From Candidatus Hydrogenedentota bacterium (GTDB taxonomy: Bacteria > Hydrogenedentota > Hydrogenedentia > Hydrogenedentales > SLHB01): a DNA stretch of 41,617 bases. The notes under the pieces were generated by a model, which did no database searches, was not told the origin of the DNA, and worked only from the letters and a program-made list of their open reading frames with translations. Below, in pieces: positions 19,104 through 29,373 of this stretch; position 1 is the first letter of the stretch, and every line of letters starts with the position of its first letter. Position numbers and translations under genes: made by a program. The stretch covers positions 1 through 41,617 of the forward strand of contig JAWXCN010000105.1 in the NCBI GenBank assembly GCA_034408725.1, given 5' to 3'.

Positions 19104-20060
19104 TTACTCTGCCGTTTCCTCTTCCACTCGATCCGCGTCCACGCTTTCCTCCGGCCCAGCCCAATCCTGAACGTATTCATTTGCCCGAGCGCGCGATTCG
19201 GCATCCGGATGCTGCCCGGCGATTTTCTCCAGAAACGCGCGCGCACTCTCCGTGTGGACGCGTGCGGCGGAATCCATCACGCCATCGACACTACTCGACA
19301 TCCAGAACTGCGGATCGTTCAAGCGCGCTAACGCGCGAGAATCGCCGTGAAGAAATGCCAGCCCGATGGCGAGGTCAGGATTTGCTGTATCCAGTGCGGT
19401 AGCTGCCTCTGTCCAAAGTCGATCTCCGAACTTTTCCAGGTCCTTGGTGGGCAGACCATATACCTGGGCGGCGATCAGGTCGGCGGAATCGTATTCATCC
19501 GATTCAATCGAAGGCCGTTGAAGAAGATACTCCAGCGAATCCTGGTCTGGAATTCTTGCAAGCATTTCCAGTGCAAAGGTGCGCTCATCTTCTGTGTATC
19601 CCGCTTCATCCTCTACGACGCTCAGGAGAAACTCCGTTCCTTCATCACCCAATCGCGCGAGAGTAACCAGAACACTCAAACTCGCTTCGAGCCCCCCAAA
19701 CCATTGATTCTTATTCGACGCGATTACAGAGAGTTGGCGATCAAAAAAACTCGCGACGTTGTCGGACCCCGGTATCGGGGCTGGTGCGTTACTGTTAGCG
19801 GCGCTTTCCAATACTTCTGACAATGCGTCGCGAAGGTTTTGGTTGCGTGTTTCGAGTAACTTGGCGCGAAGGTCAGCGATCTCGGCGTGAAGGGCTTCGA
19901 TATTTTCGCTGTCCGCTGCTTCAACAATGTCTTTGAGTTTCGAATCCGCTATCTCGGTAGGGCTTACGGTCGGCGCCGGTTTTGGTCGAACAAGGTAACC
20001 CGCAAGAAATGCCGGAAGTAGGGAAAAACACCAAACCACCGCGATTTGTCTGCGAGTCAT
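19104..20060 (-). CDS. Hypothetical membrane-anchored protein with coiled coil and HEAT-like helical region
   Basis: N-terminal TM/signal, heptad segment IEALHAEIADLRAKLLE, acidic alpha-helical repeats. No family recognised. Confidence 0.6.
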   Translation of the reverse strand: MTRRQIAVVWCFSLLPAFLAGYLVRPKPAPTVSPTEIADSKLKDIVEAADSENIEALHAEIADLRAKLLETRNQNLRDALSEVLESAANSNAPAPIPGSDNVASFFDRQLSVIASNKNQWFGGLEASLSVLVTLARLGDEGTEFLLSVVEDEAGYTEDERTFALEMLARIPDQDSLEYLLQRPSIESDEYDSADLIAAQVYGLPTKDLEKFGDRLWTEAATALDTANPDLAIGLAFLHGDSRALARLNDPQFWMSSSVDGVMDSAARVHTESARAFLEKIAGQHPDAESRARANEYVQDWAGPEESVDADRVEEETAE

Positions 20061-20086
20061 TCACCACTCCCCGCCAAGGCCCTACG

Positions 20087-21133
20087 TCACACTACCGGCT
20101 GGCGTCCCGTGACTCTCGCGGCATGACGGAATGCATCAATGGCCCGTTCCGTTCCGTCGTCGTCGATGTCGAGATGAAACACGCTTCGGATCCGGTTTTT
20201 CCCGAGGGGCATGGCAAATACGCCGCGTTCGGCGACTGCACCAATAAACTCCAGTGAATTCACGACGTTTATGTATACGATATTGGTCGGGGTGGGCATG
20301 GGGAACGTCAATCCATTCGTGCCTTCTAATGCTTCACGAAATACGCGCGCGCGACGGTGATCTTCTTTAAGCCGCTGGACATTGTTGTCCAGCGCGTAGA
20401 GCGCGGCTGCCGCGAGGATGCCCGCCTGCCGCATGCCGCCACCGAGCATTTTGCGGTATCGATGCGCCACATCGATCGTGTCAGCGGGACCGGCAAGAAT
20501 CGAGCCCACTGGCGCGCCAAGGCCTTTGGAAAAACAAAAGGAAATCGTATCGGCGTGTGTCGCATAGCCGTCCACGGGAATTCCGGTTTCCACGACCGCA
20601 TTGAAAATGCGCGCGCCATCGAGATGCAGTTTCAAACCGTGTTCGCGCGTCAGCCGGCCAATATCCGCGAGCGTCTGTATGGGAATGATATTGCCGCCGC
20701 CACGGTTGGTCGTGTTTTCCAGCGAAACGATTGTAGTTTGTGAATAGTGGTGATCGGGATTCAGGCACAATGCGTTCATGATGGAATCTGACGAGAGGAT
20801 TCCCAGTTCGCCGCCGAGGGTTTTCGTCATTAACCCCGCAATCAAACCGAGGCCACCGGACTCGTAATTAAACGGATGCGAATCTTCGTGCAGTATGATC
20901 GTGTCGCCCGGTTGGGTCTGCGCCTTGATGGCCAGGAGGTTTGCCATGGTGCCCGAAGGCACAAACAGGGCCGCCTCCTTATTGAGCAATCTGGCGACGC
21001 GACACTGCAACTCGTTTATAGCCGGGTCTTCGCCAAAGACATCGTCACCGACAGGCGCAGCGGCCATGGCCTCGCGCATCGCGGGCGACGGCCGCGTTAC
21101 CGTGTCGCTACGCAGGTCGACCGGTTTATCCAT
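20087..21133 (-). CDS. ltaE: Low-specificity L-threonine aldolase
   Basis: DLRSDTVTRP, GDDVFGEDP, SGTMAN, HLDGARIFNA, PLP lysine in CFSKGLGAPVGS, GGGMRQAG. Confidence 0.95.
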   Translation of the reverse strand: MDKPVDLRSDTVTRPSPAMREAMAAAPVGDDVFGEDPAINELQCRVARLLNKEAALFVPSGTMANLLAIKAQTQPGDTIILHEDSHPFNYESGGLGLIAGLMTKTLGGELGILSSDSIMNALCLNPDHHYSQTTIVSLENTTNRGGGNIIPIQTLADIGRLTREHGLKLHLDGARIFNAVVETGIPVDGYATHADTISFCFSKGLGAPVGSILAGPADTIDVAHRYRKMLGGGMRQAGILAAAALYALDNNVQRLKEDHRRARVFREALEGTNGLTFPMPTPTNIVYINVVNSLEFIGAVAERGVFAMPLGKNRIRSVFHLDIDDDGTERAIDAFRHAARVTGRQPVV

Positions 21134-23004
21134 CAGGCGGACTTCTCGATTCGCGCGAGTTTTTCGGCGTAGATGTGCAATGCGGCAATGTCCGACGGTC
21201 GCACACCCGGCACACGCGCGGCCTGGCCAAAGTTCACGGGCCGAATCTGCTTCAGGCGATCAACGCTTTCGCGCGGCATGCCGGGAACCGCGCTGTAATC
21301 GAAGTCCATCGGAATCTCGCGCGTTTCCGCGGCGCGGAACCGTTCGAGGTCGCGTTCCTGCCGGGCGATGTAACCTTCATACTTCACGTTGATCTCGACC
21401 TGTTCCGCCTCGTCAATACTGAGTTGTTCCAGCGGCGGAGCGAGTTTCCAGACGTCGTGAATGCCCAACTGTGGGCGCGACAACAACCGCGAAACCGGCT
21501 GCGGTTCCTGCATGGGAACAAGCCCGCGCGCAACGAGCCAACCGTTCACTTCCGCGGTGGGCGCTATTACCAGTGACTTCAACCGCATAATTTCGCGGCC
21601 CACGCGATCATACTTTTCCCGCACGGATTCGATATACGCATCGCCTGCGATTCCGCTATGCGCGAGCCGTTCATCGGCGTTGTCGTGACGCAGCAGCAGC
21701 CGATATTCTGCACGCGATGTAAACAACCGGTACGGTTCCAATACACCACGTGTGACGAGATCATCGACCATCACGCCGATATAGGCTTCACTGCGCGAGA
21801 TGAGCAGTGGCGCTTCGCCTCGGACGTATCGGATCGCGTTCAGCGCGGCGAACATGCCCTGCCCTGCCGCTTCCTCGTAGCCTGACGTGCCATTGATTTG
21901 TCCTGCATGAAACAACCCGCGCACGCGTTTCGTTTCAAGCGTCGGCCTCAATTCCGTCGGCTGCACAAAATCATATTCAACCGCATATCCGGCGCGAACA
22001 ATTTCCGCCTCTTCAAGGCCTGGTATCGTCTTGAGCATCGCCACCTGCACATCAACCGGCAAGCTGGTGGACAGCCCGTTCACGTAGACTTCGGGCGTCG
22101 TCAATCCTTCCGGCTCAAGAAATATGCGGTGCGAATCCTTGTCCGCGAACCGGAAGACCTTGTCTTCGATGCTAGGACAATAGCGAGTACCCGTCGCGCC
22201 GATTTTTCCCGTGAACATCGGCGAGCGATCGAGGTTCGCTGTAATGATCGCGTGCGTGTGCGCGCTCGTGCTCGTCAACCAGCACATCGCTTTGTTCGGA
22301 TTGAAGCCGTCAATCGGCGTTGAATAAGAGAATGGACGCGGCTGTTCGTCACCCGGTTGCGGTGTCAACGCGGCGTAATCTATGGTGTCCGTATGCAGTC
22401 GCGGGCATGTGCCGGTCTTTTGCCGGTCCACCTGAAACCCAAGTTGCTTGTATGTGTTTGACAACGCTTGCGCCGGCATTTCGCCCGCGCGTCCGCCCGG
22501 CACGTCGTCCATGCCGTAATGCAGTTTGCCGCCAAGGAACGTGCCCGTGCAGACGATAACGGCTTTCGCCGTGATCGTGTCGCCGTTCGACGTCACCACA
22601 CCCGCAATCGCGCCGTTGCGAATGACATAATCGTCAATCGAGGTCGACATCAGAGCAAGGTTTTCCTGCGCTTCGCAGACGCGCTGCATGTCTTTCTGAT
22701 ACGCATCGCGGTCTGCCTGCGCGCGCGGTGAATGCACGGCGGGGCCCTTGGACTGGTTCAGCATTTTGTACTGAATGCCCGTGCGGTCGATGCAGCGCCC
22801 CATTTCGCCGCCCAGCGCGTCCACCTCGCGCACGACTTGGCCCTTCGCGATCCCGCCGATGGCGGGGTTGCAGCTCATTTTGCCGATGGTGTTGACGTCG
22901 AGTGTGACCATGAGAGTATTCAAGCCGACACGGGCCGACGCGAGCGCTGCCTCGATTCCGGCATGCCCGGCGCCTATGACGATCACATCGAAATCACCAT
23001 TCAT
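21133..23004 (-). CDS. mnmG: tRNA uridine-5-carboxymethylaminomethyl(34) synthesis enzyme MnmG
   Basis: [64 protein letters not shown]. Confidence 0.97.
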   Translation of the reverse strand: MNGDFDVIVIGAGHAGIEAALASARVGLNTLMVTLDVNTIGKMSCNPAIGGIAKGQVVREVDALGGEMGRCIDRTGIQYKMLNQSKGPAVHSPRAQADRDAYQKDMQRVCEAQENLALMSTSIDDYVIRNGAIAGVVTSNGDTITAKAVIVCTGTFLGGKLHYGMDDVPGGRAGEMPAQALSNTYKQLGFQVDRQKTGTCPRLHTDTIDYAALTPQPGDEQPRPFSYSTPIDGFNPNKAMCWLTSTSAHTHAIITANLDRSPMFTGKIGATGTRYCPSIEDKVFRFADKDSHRIFLEPEGLTTPEVYVNGLSTSLPVDVQVAMLKTIPGLEEAEIVRAGYAVEYDFVQPTELRPTLETKRVRGLFHAGQINGTSGYEEAAGQGMFAALNAIRYVRGEAPLLISRSEAYIGVMVDDLVTRGVLEPYRLFTSRAEYRLLLRHDNADERLAHSGIAGDAYIESVREKYDRVGREIMRLKSLVIAPTAEVNGWLVARGLVPMQEPQPVSRLLSRPQLGIHDVWKLAPPLEQLSIDEAEQVEINVKYEGYIARQERDLERFRAAETREIPMDFDYSAVPGMPRESVDRLKQIRPVNFGQAARVPGVRPSDIAALHIYAEKLARIEKSA

Positions 23005-23058
23005 GGGAAGTGTACGGCCTAGTTTGGATGAACTGCGAAAAGCCCTGCAATAGCCGGA

Positions 23059-23670
23059 CTACACAAGGGTAGCAAAACCGAGGATTCGTCTCAAGCGGCT
23101 GAGGAATGGTTCCGGTTCGGCGGGCTCCATACGCCGCATGCGCGAGAGAAGTTGTGGACGGTCCAAGCGTGCGGCCAAGGCCGTCCAACGCGCAGGATGG
23201 GTCCGATCAGTAATAAGCGGATCGTAACCAAGATCGATGTAAAGGCGAATGGCGGCTTCACGCCAATCGTCCGTGAGCAAGCGTTGCGTGTCGAATCCTT
23301 CGTCGCGCGTATAGCGGAGCGCAGCGCAGGCAAGCGCCATCCCGAGGCCTTTTCCCCGATGTTCATCCAACAGGCCAATCATGTGCAGATAGCCGACCTC
23401 CGGCTCTTCATCGGTTACCCAGGCTGAAGCCGTGCCCACCACTTCCCCGCCGTATTCGAGAATGAACATCCGGTCCGCGGTAAAACACGGGTCGCCGAGA
23501 ATCTCGGCACGCACGCTTTCGGCCGATTCCTTGCCCAATTGCGAGGCCGCATAGATACGGGCAATCGCGAATTCATCTCCATCCCGATAGGTCCGCAAGC
23601 CGTACCCGTCCGGTAAAGCGTGATCGGGGATGCTGGAAATGCCCCGTTTTTCCATGCGAAGTTGTGACAT
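23059..23670 (-). CDS. GNAT family N-acetyltransferase
   Basis: Acetyl-CoA motif A LLDEHRGKGLG and motif B AAIRLYIDLGY. Confidence 0.88.
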   Translation of the reverse strand: MSQLRMEKRGISSIPDHALPDGYGLRTYRDGDEFAIARIYAASQLGKESAESVRAEILGDPCFTADRMFILEYGGEVVGTASAWVTDEEPEVGYLHMIGLLDEHRGKGLGMALACAALRYTRDEGFDTQRLLTDDWREAAIRLYIDLGYDPLITDRTHPARWTALAARLDRPQLLSRMRRMEPAEPEPFLSRLRRILGFATLV

Positions 23671-23750
23671 GTCGCTCCAAACCTATCCCGAGAGCTTTTT
23701 GGAATTCAAACCGATGGATTGGGTATGGTGCGTCATCGGAGGCGCAACCA

Positions 23751-24668
23751 ATGAACCAATTGCTTTTGACGGCGTGTATTCTGACCACCACTTTGATGGC
23801 CCAGGCTGGCGATGTTGAAGTTTTGCATAAGTCAGAATATACCGAACTCGGTTTCAACAAGATACCGTGGATACGGACCCTGACACCGGTCTACGACACT
23901 GCCAACAGCGAAGAGACCTACAAGGTCTTCACCCATATTCTCGATTTTGAGGGCAAGGAACCTTTGACAAAGGGCGCGGGCGGTAAGTTTACGCACCATC
24001 GCGGTATGTTCATTGGCTGGAAGGATACACTCGCCGGTGAAGTAGATTACGACACGTGGCACATGAGCAACTCGATTCAGAAACACGTGAAATGGTTGGA
24101 ATCGAAGGCCATTGGCGACGTGGCGTGGCAACAGCAGCAGATAGACTGGTGCGCCCTCGAGGGAAAACCGCTTATCAGGGAAATCCGGCGCATCGGGCTC
24201 GCTCACGGCGAGGACAATACCCGCGTGTATGACTTTCAGTCGGAGCTGACTTCCCTCGCAGGCGCGATCCAATTGAAGGGAGACCTCCAGCATGCGGGCA
24301 TGCAGGTGCGATTGGCGCAGGAGGTCGCGGAACATGAACAAACCACGGAATACATTCTTCCAGCCGCGGCGGTTTCGGGCGAAGACGACAAGGTAACCGG
24401 AGGTTGGTGGGCCTGTTGCAATACGGAAGTCGGCGGCAAGCGGTATTGGGTCATTCACATGACGCATTCGAGCACCTGCGCCGACGTACCAGTTTATTCG
24501 ATCAGGAAATATGCGCGGTTTGGCGCGTTCTGGGAACCCACGCTCGAAGAGGGTAAGTCTCAAAAATACAGTTTCCGCATCATCGTGTCGGAAAAACCGC
24601 TCGATCAGGCCGCCTGCCAGGCACGTTACGACGATTACACAAAAACGACGCACCCGGAACCAAAATAG
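23751..24668 (+). CDS. Secreted DUF6807 / 'PmoA-like' family protein
   Basis: RBS GGAGG before ATG 23751, signal peptide, HHRGMFIGW motif, RKYARFGAF, beta-rich. Resembles the PVC-enriched PF14100 family, not true methane monooxygenase. Confidence 0.65.
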   Translation: MNQLLLTACILTTTLMAQAGDVEVLHKSEYTELGFNKIPWIRTLTPVYDTANSEETYKVFTHILDFEGKEPLTKGAGGKFTHHRGMFIGWKDTLAGEVDYDTWHMSNSIQKHVKWLESKAIGDVAWQQQQIDWCALEGKPLIREIRRIGLAHGEDNTRVYDFQSELTSLAGAIQLKGDLQHAGMQVRLAQEVAEHEQTTEYILPAAAVSGEDDKVTGGWWACCNTEVGGKRYWVIHMTHSSTCADVPVYSIRKYARFGAFWEPTLEEGKSQKYSFRIIVSEKPLDQAACQARYDDYTKTTHPEPK

Positions 24669-24757
24669 GGCGGGCGCACGTCCCCGCGCGCCTGGTTTAT
24701 CCCCGGCATTAAATACATCTCCCGGGTTAAACAGCGCGCGGGGACGCGCGCCCTCCC
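24668..24757. repeat. REP-like inverted doublet
   Basis: 24-nt arms GGGCGGGCGCACGTCCCCGCGCGC (24668-24691) and GCGCGCGGGGACGCGCGCCCTCCC (24734-24757), 22/24 complementary, 42-nt spacer. Confidence 0.75.
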
Positions 24758-24791
24758 ATTGTTACGCCCAGTGTTACTCCCAGAGGTACGC

Positions 24792-25304
24792 ATGATCATC
24801 GGTGTGATGAGCGATACGCACGGAAATCTACGATTGATGCATCAGGCGGCTGACCAAATGAAGGCACTGCATCAGGCCGATTTGATCATCCATGTTGGCG
24901 ACGACTACGCCGATGCGCAGGCGCTTGCGATGGCAGGCCATAACGTCCGAATGGTTCCGGGCCTCTGGTGCGATGCGTACAACAATCCGCGAATTCCGAA
25001 TCGTATCGTGGTCGAGTGCGATGGCATCACGATTTCCGCCGCGCATGCGGATAAGGACCTGCGCGCTGCGGAACTTTCCGCCACAATTGTTTTGACCGGA
25101 CATACACATGTCGCAAAAATCGAAAAGTTGGGTCGCTCGTTACACGTCAATCCTGGTCATTTGAAGAATGCAAAGCTTGACCGCGGGCAGCGGCCGTCGT
25201 TTGCCGTTATTGAGACGAGTAAGGACGAAATCGAAGTGTCGATACTGGAACTGGATAGCGTCGTACGCTTGAGTGTTCGATCTTCAAGGGCCGATCTGGC
25301 CTGA
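24792..25304 (+). CDS. YfcE/MJ0936-family metallophosphoesterase
   Basis: MSDTHGN, HVGD, TGHTH, NPG motifs. The GN motif is replaced by PGL. RBS GAGG. Confidence 0.85.
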   Translation: MIIGVMSDTHGNLRLMHQAADQMKALHQADLIIHVGDDYADAQALAMAGHNVRMVPGLWCDAYNNPRIPNRIVVECDGITISAAHADKDLRAAELSATIVLTGHTHVAKIEKLGRSLHVNPGHLKNAKLDRGQRPSFAVIETSKDEIEVSILELDSVVRLSVRSSRADLA

Positions 25305-25341
25305 TTCCGTTCTGGCCGTCTTCACATCGAGTGGCTACGCT

Positions 25342-26295
25342 ATGGCGAAAGGGGCTGATGATTCCATGCAGTTGCAGCACATCGCCATGGGCGCGAGTCT
25401 TGCCGTCGCGGTAGTCATGCTGGCCGGAAAACTGGTCGCCTATCACATCACGGGAAGCGCCGCGATTCTTTCCGATGGCGCGGAAAGTGTCGTCCATATC
25501 GCCGCAACAGGCGTCGCCGCAATGAGTCTTTGGTACGCGGCGCGCGACCCCGACGACAATCACCCTTACGGTCACGGAAAAATCGCGTATTTTTCGGGTG
25601 GGTTTGAAGGCGCGATGATCCTTAGCGCGTCCTTTTACATCTATTACTTGAGCATCCGCGCATTGATAGAAGGGCCTGAACTTCATCGGCTTGGCGTAGG
25701 GATCATGATTACGGCCGTGCTCTGCCTGGTGAATCTCGCGCTGGGCCTGTTTTTGGTACACGTTGGCAAGACGCGGAACGCGCTAATTCTCGTGGCAAAC
25801 GGCAAACATGTTCTCACCGACATGTGGACAAGCGCCGGCGTTGTCGCGGGCGTTCTTATCGTGCAGGTTACGGGAATCGTGTGGCTTGACCCGTTGTGCG
25901 CGCTGCTGGTCGCGACCAATATTCTGGTCGAATCAGTGCGGCTCATGCGCCGCGCGTTTCGCGGATTGCTGGATCAGGCGGACCCGGAACATGCAAGCGC
26001 GATTCTCGCCGCGTTGCAACAGGCAATGGATTCCGGGCGAATCGAGGGATTTCACCAACTCAAGCACCGGGAAGCGAACGATGTAATCTGGATCGAAGTC
26101 CACATGCTGGTACCCGGCGCCACGACCACGGCCGCAGCGCATCACACGGTTACCGGTGTGGAGGAAACCATCAGCAAGTTGTTTCCGCAGTATACCGTAC
26201 ATGTTACGACGCATATCGAGCCCGCGGAACACGACGTTCATCATCCTGGTGGCCACCCGGAACTGGTAGATCCCTATGCAGACAAATCAGGGTAG
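25342..26295 (+). CDS. Cation diffusion facilitator family transporter
   Basis: SAAILSDGAES, DDNHPYGHGK, HVLTD, WLDP, six TM segments, His-rich C-terminus. Confidence 0.93.
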   Translation: MAKGADDSMQLQHIAMGASLAVAVVMLAGKLVAYHITGSAAILSDGAESVVHIAATGVAAMSLWYAARDPDDNHPYGHGKIAYFSGGFEGAMILSASFYIYYLSIRALIEGPELHRLGVGIMITAVLCLVNLALGLFLVHVGKTRNALILVANGKHVLTDMWTSAGVVAGVLIVQVTGIVWLDPLCALLVATNILVESVRLMRRAFRGLLDQADPEHASAILAALQQAMDSGRIEGFHQLKHREANDVIWIEVHMLVPGATTTAAAHHTVTGVEETISKLFPQYTVHVTTHIEPAEHDVHHPGGHPELVDPYADKSG

Positions 26296-26308
26296 TTACC
26301 GCGCACGG

Positions 26309-28084
26309 CTACCGTATGACACGGTTCCGCAGCCTATCAAACGTCATCCAGAATTTCCGCAGACGGTCCTGAATGCGATCGTCGATTTCGATTTTGGAAT
26401 ACGCGCTCACCACGTAGAGGTCCGTTAGTTCCATTGCTTCTTCACGAATGGATTTTAATTCGTTTGGAAATGACGCTATGAACTCGTAGGGCGTTTGCCC
26501 GATCTTGCGGGGGACGCCGTAGTCATGGGCCAACGCGCACAACGCATCGTAACAGCCTTCGATGGCGCTGTGCGCGCTGCTGCCGGGCTGGGCCATCGGA
26601 TTCGCGATACGCGCTGACCACGACGACGCGCGGGAAATTCTGCGGCGCCTCCGAATGGTTGGAAGTTCGGGGACCCGGATAATCGAATCCAGAAAGGACT
26701 CCAACCAGTTGAAAAACCGTATAATAAATTGCGGATACCGGCGACGGTTACGCGCCATCCGCACGGCAATGGACCCGACACCGCGAAGTGCGCCGTAAGC
26801 GATGAAAAGTCCGAGCATGATCAATACGCCGGTCCCAATGTGCTCTATGACGCGATTTTGCGCGATGACATCGACTGCCGGCGAAACGACGGATCGCAAC
26901 TGGAATGACGTGTCCCGCCGCCAGGGGTCGTATTCGTGCTCACCCACATATGCGATGGGTGGAAGCGCTGGCCACGGCAACGCGGTCGCGCCGAAGCCGA
27001 CGATTGCAATCATGATGAAGCCGAGTCCAAGCCAGTACGGTCCCAATGCGCCTGGCAATCGCACGCGCCGCGCGCGAAAAAACTCGCGTAAACCGGCAAG
27101 ACTCGACAACATCAGTAGGGACAAAGCCGCCACTGTGTAGCACCCGACGTAGAAGTGGCCGGCCATCAGCATTGCTTCGCCGCCGTGTTGAACGACACGT
27201 TGGCCGAGCGCGAACACGATCATGACGGGAACGGAAAAGTAGAAAATTGATATGCCGGGATGGCGCCTTGGCAATTTCTCGGACATGGCGTCGAGATTGA
27301 ATTTCGGCTTTTTCACCGGCGCCTTCCAGTCCAGTGGATCGACTGCTTCCATGTCGATAAGGCCGTCGGCCAGCATCGTCCGATTCGACGCGGGCCCACT
27401 CGCGCCGCGGATGGCCCTCCGGAATTTAAGCGCGGTGCCGGTCAACATGCCGATAGCGCCGGCAAACGGATTGTCGTCTACGCAACATTCATGCGTCAGC
27501 CGATTCGTAAACCACCAGATAAACGCGATAATCGCCGAATTGAACGCAAGCGCAATCCAAGGGCTATTCATGAACCCGCGCGCCACGCTGCCAACGTCGT
27601 AGGCGCCCGTGGTCGTCATCGTGTACATCGCGGATGCGCCCATTAACGCGATCACGTAAATAAAGCTCTCTTCCTTCCCATCCCGCGCGATCAACCGGTT
27701 CAGCGCAACGACGCCGAGTATGAACGCAATCGCGAAGATCCGAAGGTTCCAGTCATGGACTTCCGTGTACACAAAGCGCACGTCCAGAAGGAAGAAGATT
27801 ACGGACGAGATCATCACGAGAATCATGAGCGGCGTGGTGAACGCCAACGAAAAATCGGTCCAGGATTGCGCTTGATACAGCTTCGGATCGACGGTGCTCG
27901 CGCGCTTGAGCGATTGGAAATCCGTGCTTTCCATAGCCCGTTTCGGTTGCGCCTGCAAGGTCGAAGGCCCGGCCAACGCCGCGGCCTCGGATTCCAACAG
28001 CGAATGGAAATCCGTGGCCCCTTCGTCGGGGTACCCGTTACCGCCCGATGCGGGCGGGGGAAATTTCGTGGAGTTGCCGTTCAT
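26309..28084 (-). CDS. Multi-TM protein with C-terminal DUF4129-like domain
   Basis: Many TM helices; C-terminal CYDAL..GVPRKIGQTPYEF..LTDLYVVSAYS resembles DUF4129. Adjacent to a DUF58 gene. Confidence 0.7.
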   Translation of the reverse strand: MNGNSTKFPPPASGGNGYPDEGATDFHSLLESEAAALAGPSTLQAQPKRAMESTDFQSLKRASTVDPKLYQAQSWTDFSLAFTTPLMILVMISSVIFFLLDVRFVYTEVHDWNLRIFAIAFILGVVALNRLIARDGKEESFIYVIALMGASAMYTMTTTGAYDVGSVARGFMNSPWIALAFNSAIIAFIWWFTNRLTHECCVDDNPFAGAIGMLTGTALKFRRAIRGASGPASNRTMLADGLIDMEAVDPLDWKAPVKKPKFNLDAMSEKLPRRHPGISIFYFSVPVMIVFALGQRVVQHGGEAMLMAGHFYVGCYTVAALSLLMLSSLAGLREFFRARRVRLPGALGPYWLGLGFIMIAIVGFGATALPWPALPPIAYVGEHEYDPWRRDTSFQLRSVVSPAVDVIAQNRVIEHIGTGVLIMLGLFIAYGALRGVGSIAVRMARNRRRYPQFIIRFFNWLESFLDSIIRVPELPTIRRRRRISRASSWSARIANPMAQPGSSAHSAIEGCYDALCALAHDYGVPRKIGQTPYEFIASFPNELKSIREEAMELTDLYVVSAYSKIEIDDRIQDRLRKFWMTFDRLRNRVIR

Positions 28085-29342
28085 GTTCGATGTGGATGCA
28101 ATTTATGTTGTGGGCAAGTAACAACCCTGCCGCTTTTTCGTATGATGCCTGGTTTCTGATTAGAAATACCGTCACGGCAAACCCGCTGAGTTTCATTTGC
28201 GCCAGGATCATCGAGAGGTCTTCGGTAACCTGCGGCACAACGGCTATCAGCGCCGCGTCGCGGGGAAACTTTTCGTAGTGCGCGAGAATGGTCTGGCCGA
28301 TATCAAGACCGTCTGTTGGCAGCACGCGGGCAAGGTTCTCGACAATCTGTAGCGCCTGTACAGGGCTGCGCCGGGTCGGCACGGTCAATGGGCTGAGCCG
28401 CGTGGATTCGTCCTCCCCCACCACGTTGTATTCTGCCTGCTGGCGTGACAGGGACTCCCGCGTTTCCACGTCGAATTTCGCAACTTCCGCCGCGTCTCGC
28501 GCATTGGTGAGCATGCCAACTTGCTCGCCGGACATCTGCAACAGATAGGCGATCGATGCAGTTGTCGTGATTGCGAGCTCGGTGCGCTCCTCCCCCGTTT
28601 CGCCTTGATAGAGCGGCGCGAAAAGATCGAGTACAAGCGTGGCGCCAAGCACGTTGGATGGTTCGCTTTGCTTAACGAACAATTGCCCTGTTCGAGCCGA
28701 CGCTTTCCAATGGATGCGGTTGAACGGATCGCCAGGAACGTATTCGCGCAGGCTGGCGATGCGCGTTGGGTCTTCATAGACGCGATTGCTGATTCGGACC
28801 GGACCCTGCGGCCGGCGTGCCGCGACGCTGAAAGTATCGATGTAGGCAACGGTCGGCAATACCGACACGTAATCCTGTTGGCGGCCTGTCCGGAATCGCC
28901 GTTGCAATCCGAACAGATCGCCCGATTCCATCAGCAGCGGGCCGATGCGATGATACCCGCGGCGCGGACACGTCAATGTATAATTCAACGTTATGCTGCG
29001 CCCCGGCATGAGCACGGCCAGGCGCGTGTTGTCGCCTGCAAGCGGGAATCCGCTGGGAGATATGTCTTCGACGAAAATCCAGGGGATGGGCCAGCCACGG
29101 CGGTTGGTGAGCGTTACTTGAATGTCCATGTCTTCGCCTTGCGCGAGCACGGTTTGACTGATCGTGCGCGTGCAGTCGAGTCCCGAAAGCCAGGCCAGGG
29201 ACGACAAATTCGCAATCACGACGAGCAGGAGGAAAGCATAAATTGCGAAGGCGGCGTACGGCGCGCGCACAACAAAAGTAACCGCAAGCGCGCCCGCGGC
29301 AATTGCAAACCACACGACATTGCGGCGGGTACGTTCGTTCAT
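28038..29342 (-). CDS. DUF58 domain protein
   Basis: N-terminal TMs, RRGYHRIGP..GDLFG, signature LREYVPGDPFNRIHWKASARTG.LFVK, LVLD. Confidence 0.92.
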   Translation of the reverse strand: MNERTRRNVVWFAIAAGALAVTFVVRAPYAAFAIYAFLLLVVIANLSSLAWLSGLDCTRTISQTVLAQGEDMDIQVTLTNRRGWPIPWIFVEDISPSGFPLAGDNTRLAVLMPGRSITLNYTLTCPRRGYHRIGPLLMESGDLFGLQRRFRTGRQQDYVSVLPTVAYIDTFSVAARRPQGPVRISNRVYEDPTRIASLREYVPGDPFNRIHWKASARTGQLFVKQSEPSNVLGATLVLDLFAPLYQGETGEERTELAITTTASIAYLLQMSGEQVGMLTNARDAAEVAKFDVETRESLSRQQAEYNVVGEDESTRLSPLTVPTRRSPVQALQIVENLARVLPTDGLDIGQTILAHYEKFPRDAALIAVVPQVTEDLSMILAQMKLSGFAVTVFLIRNQASYEKAAGLLLAHNINCIHIEHERQLHEISPARIGR

Positions 29343-29373
29343 GGCCGTGGTGCAACCTTTAGCGCGGACGCGA

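Noticed and set aside
21133-23004. mnmG as a marker of a nearby oriC, and its motif deviations ([17 protein letters not shown])
   Set aside because: No rsmG/parAB/dnaA or DnaA boxes nearby, and the catalytic Cys and FAD motifs are intact, so this is ordinary divergence.
23751-24668. Methane monooxygenase interpretation of the 'PmoA-like' protein
   Set aside because: A soluble secreted beta-rich protein with no pmoCAB context; the family name is misleading.
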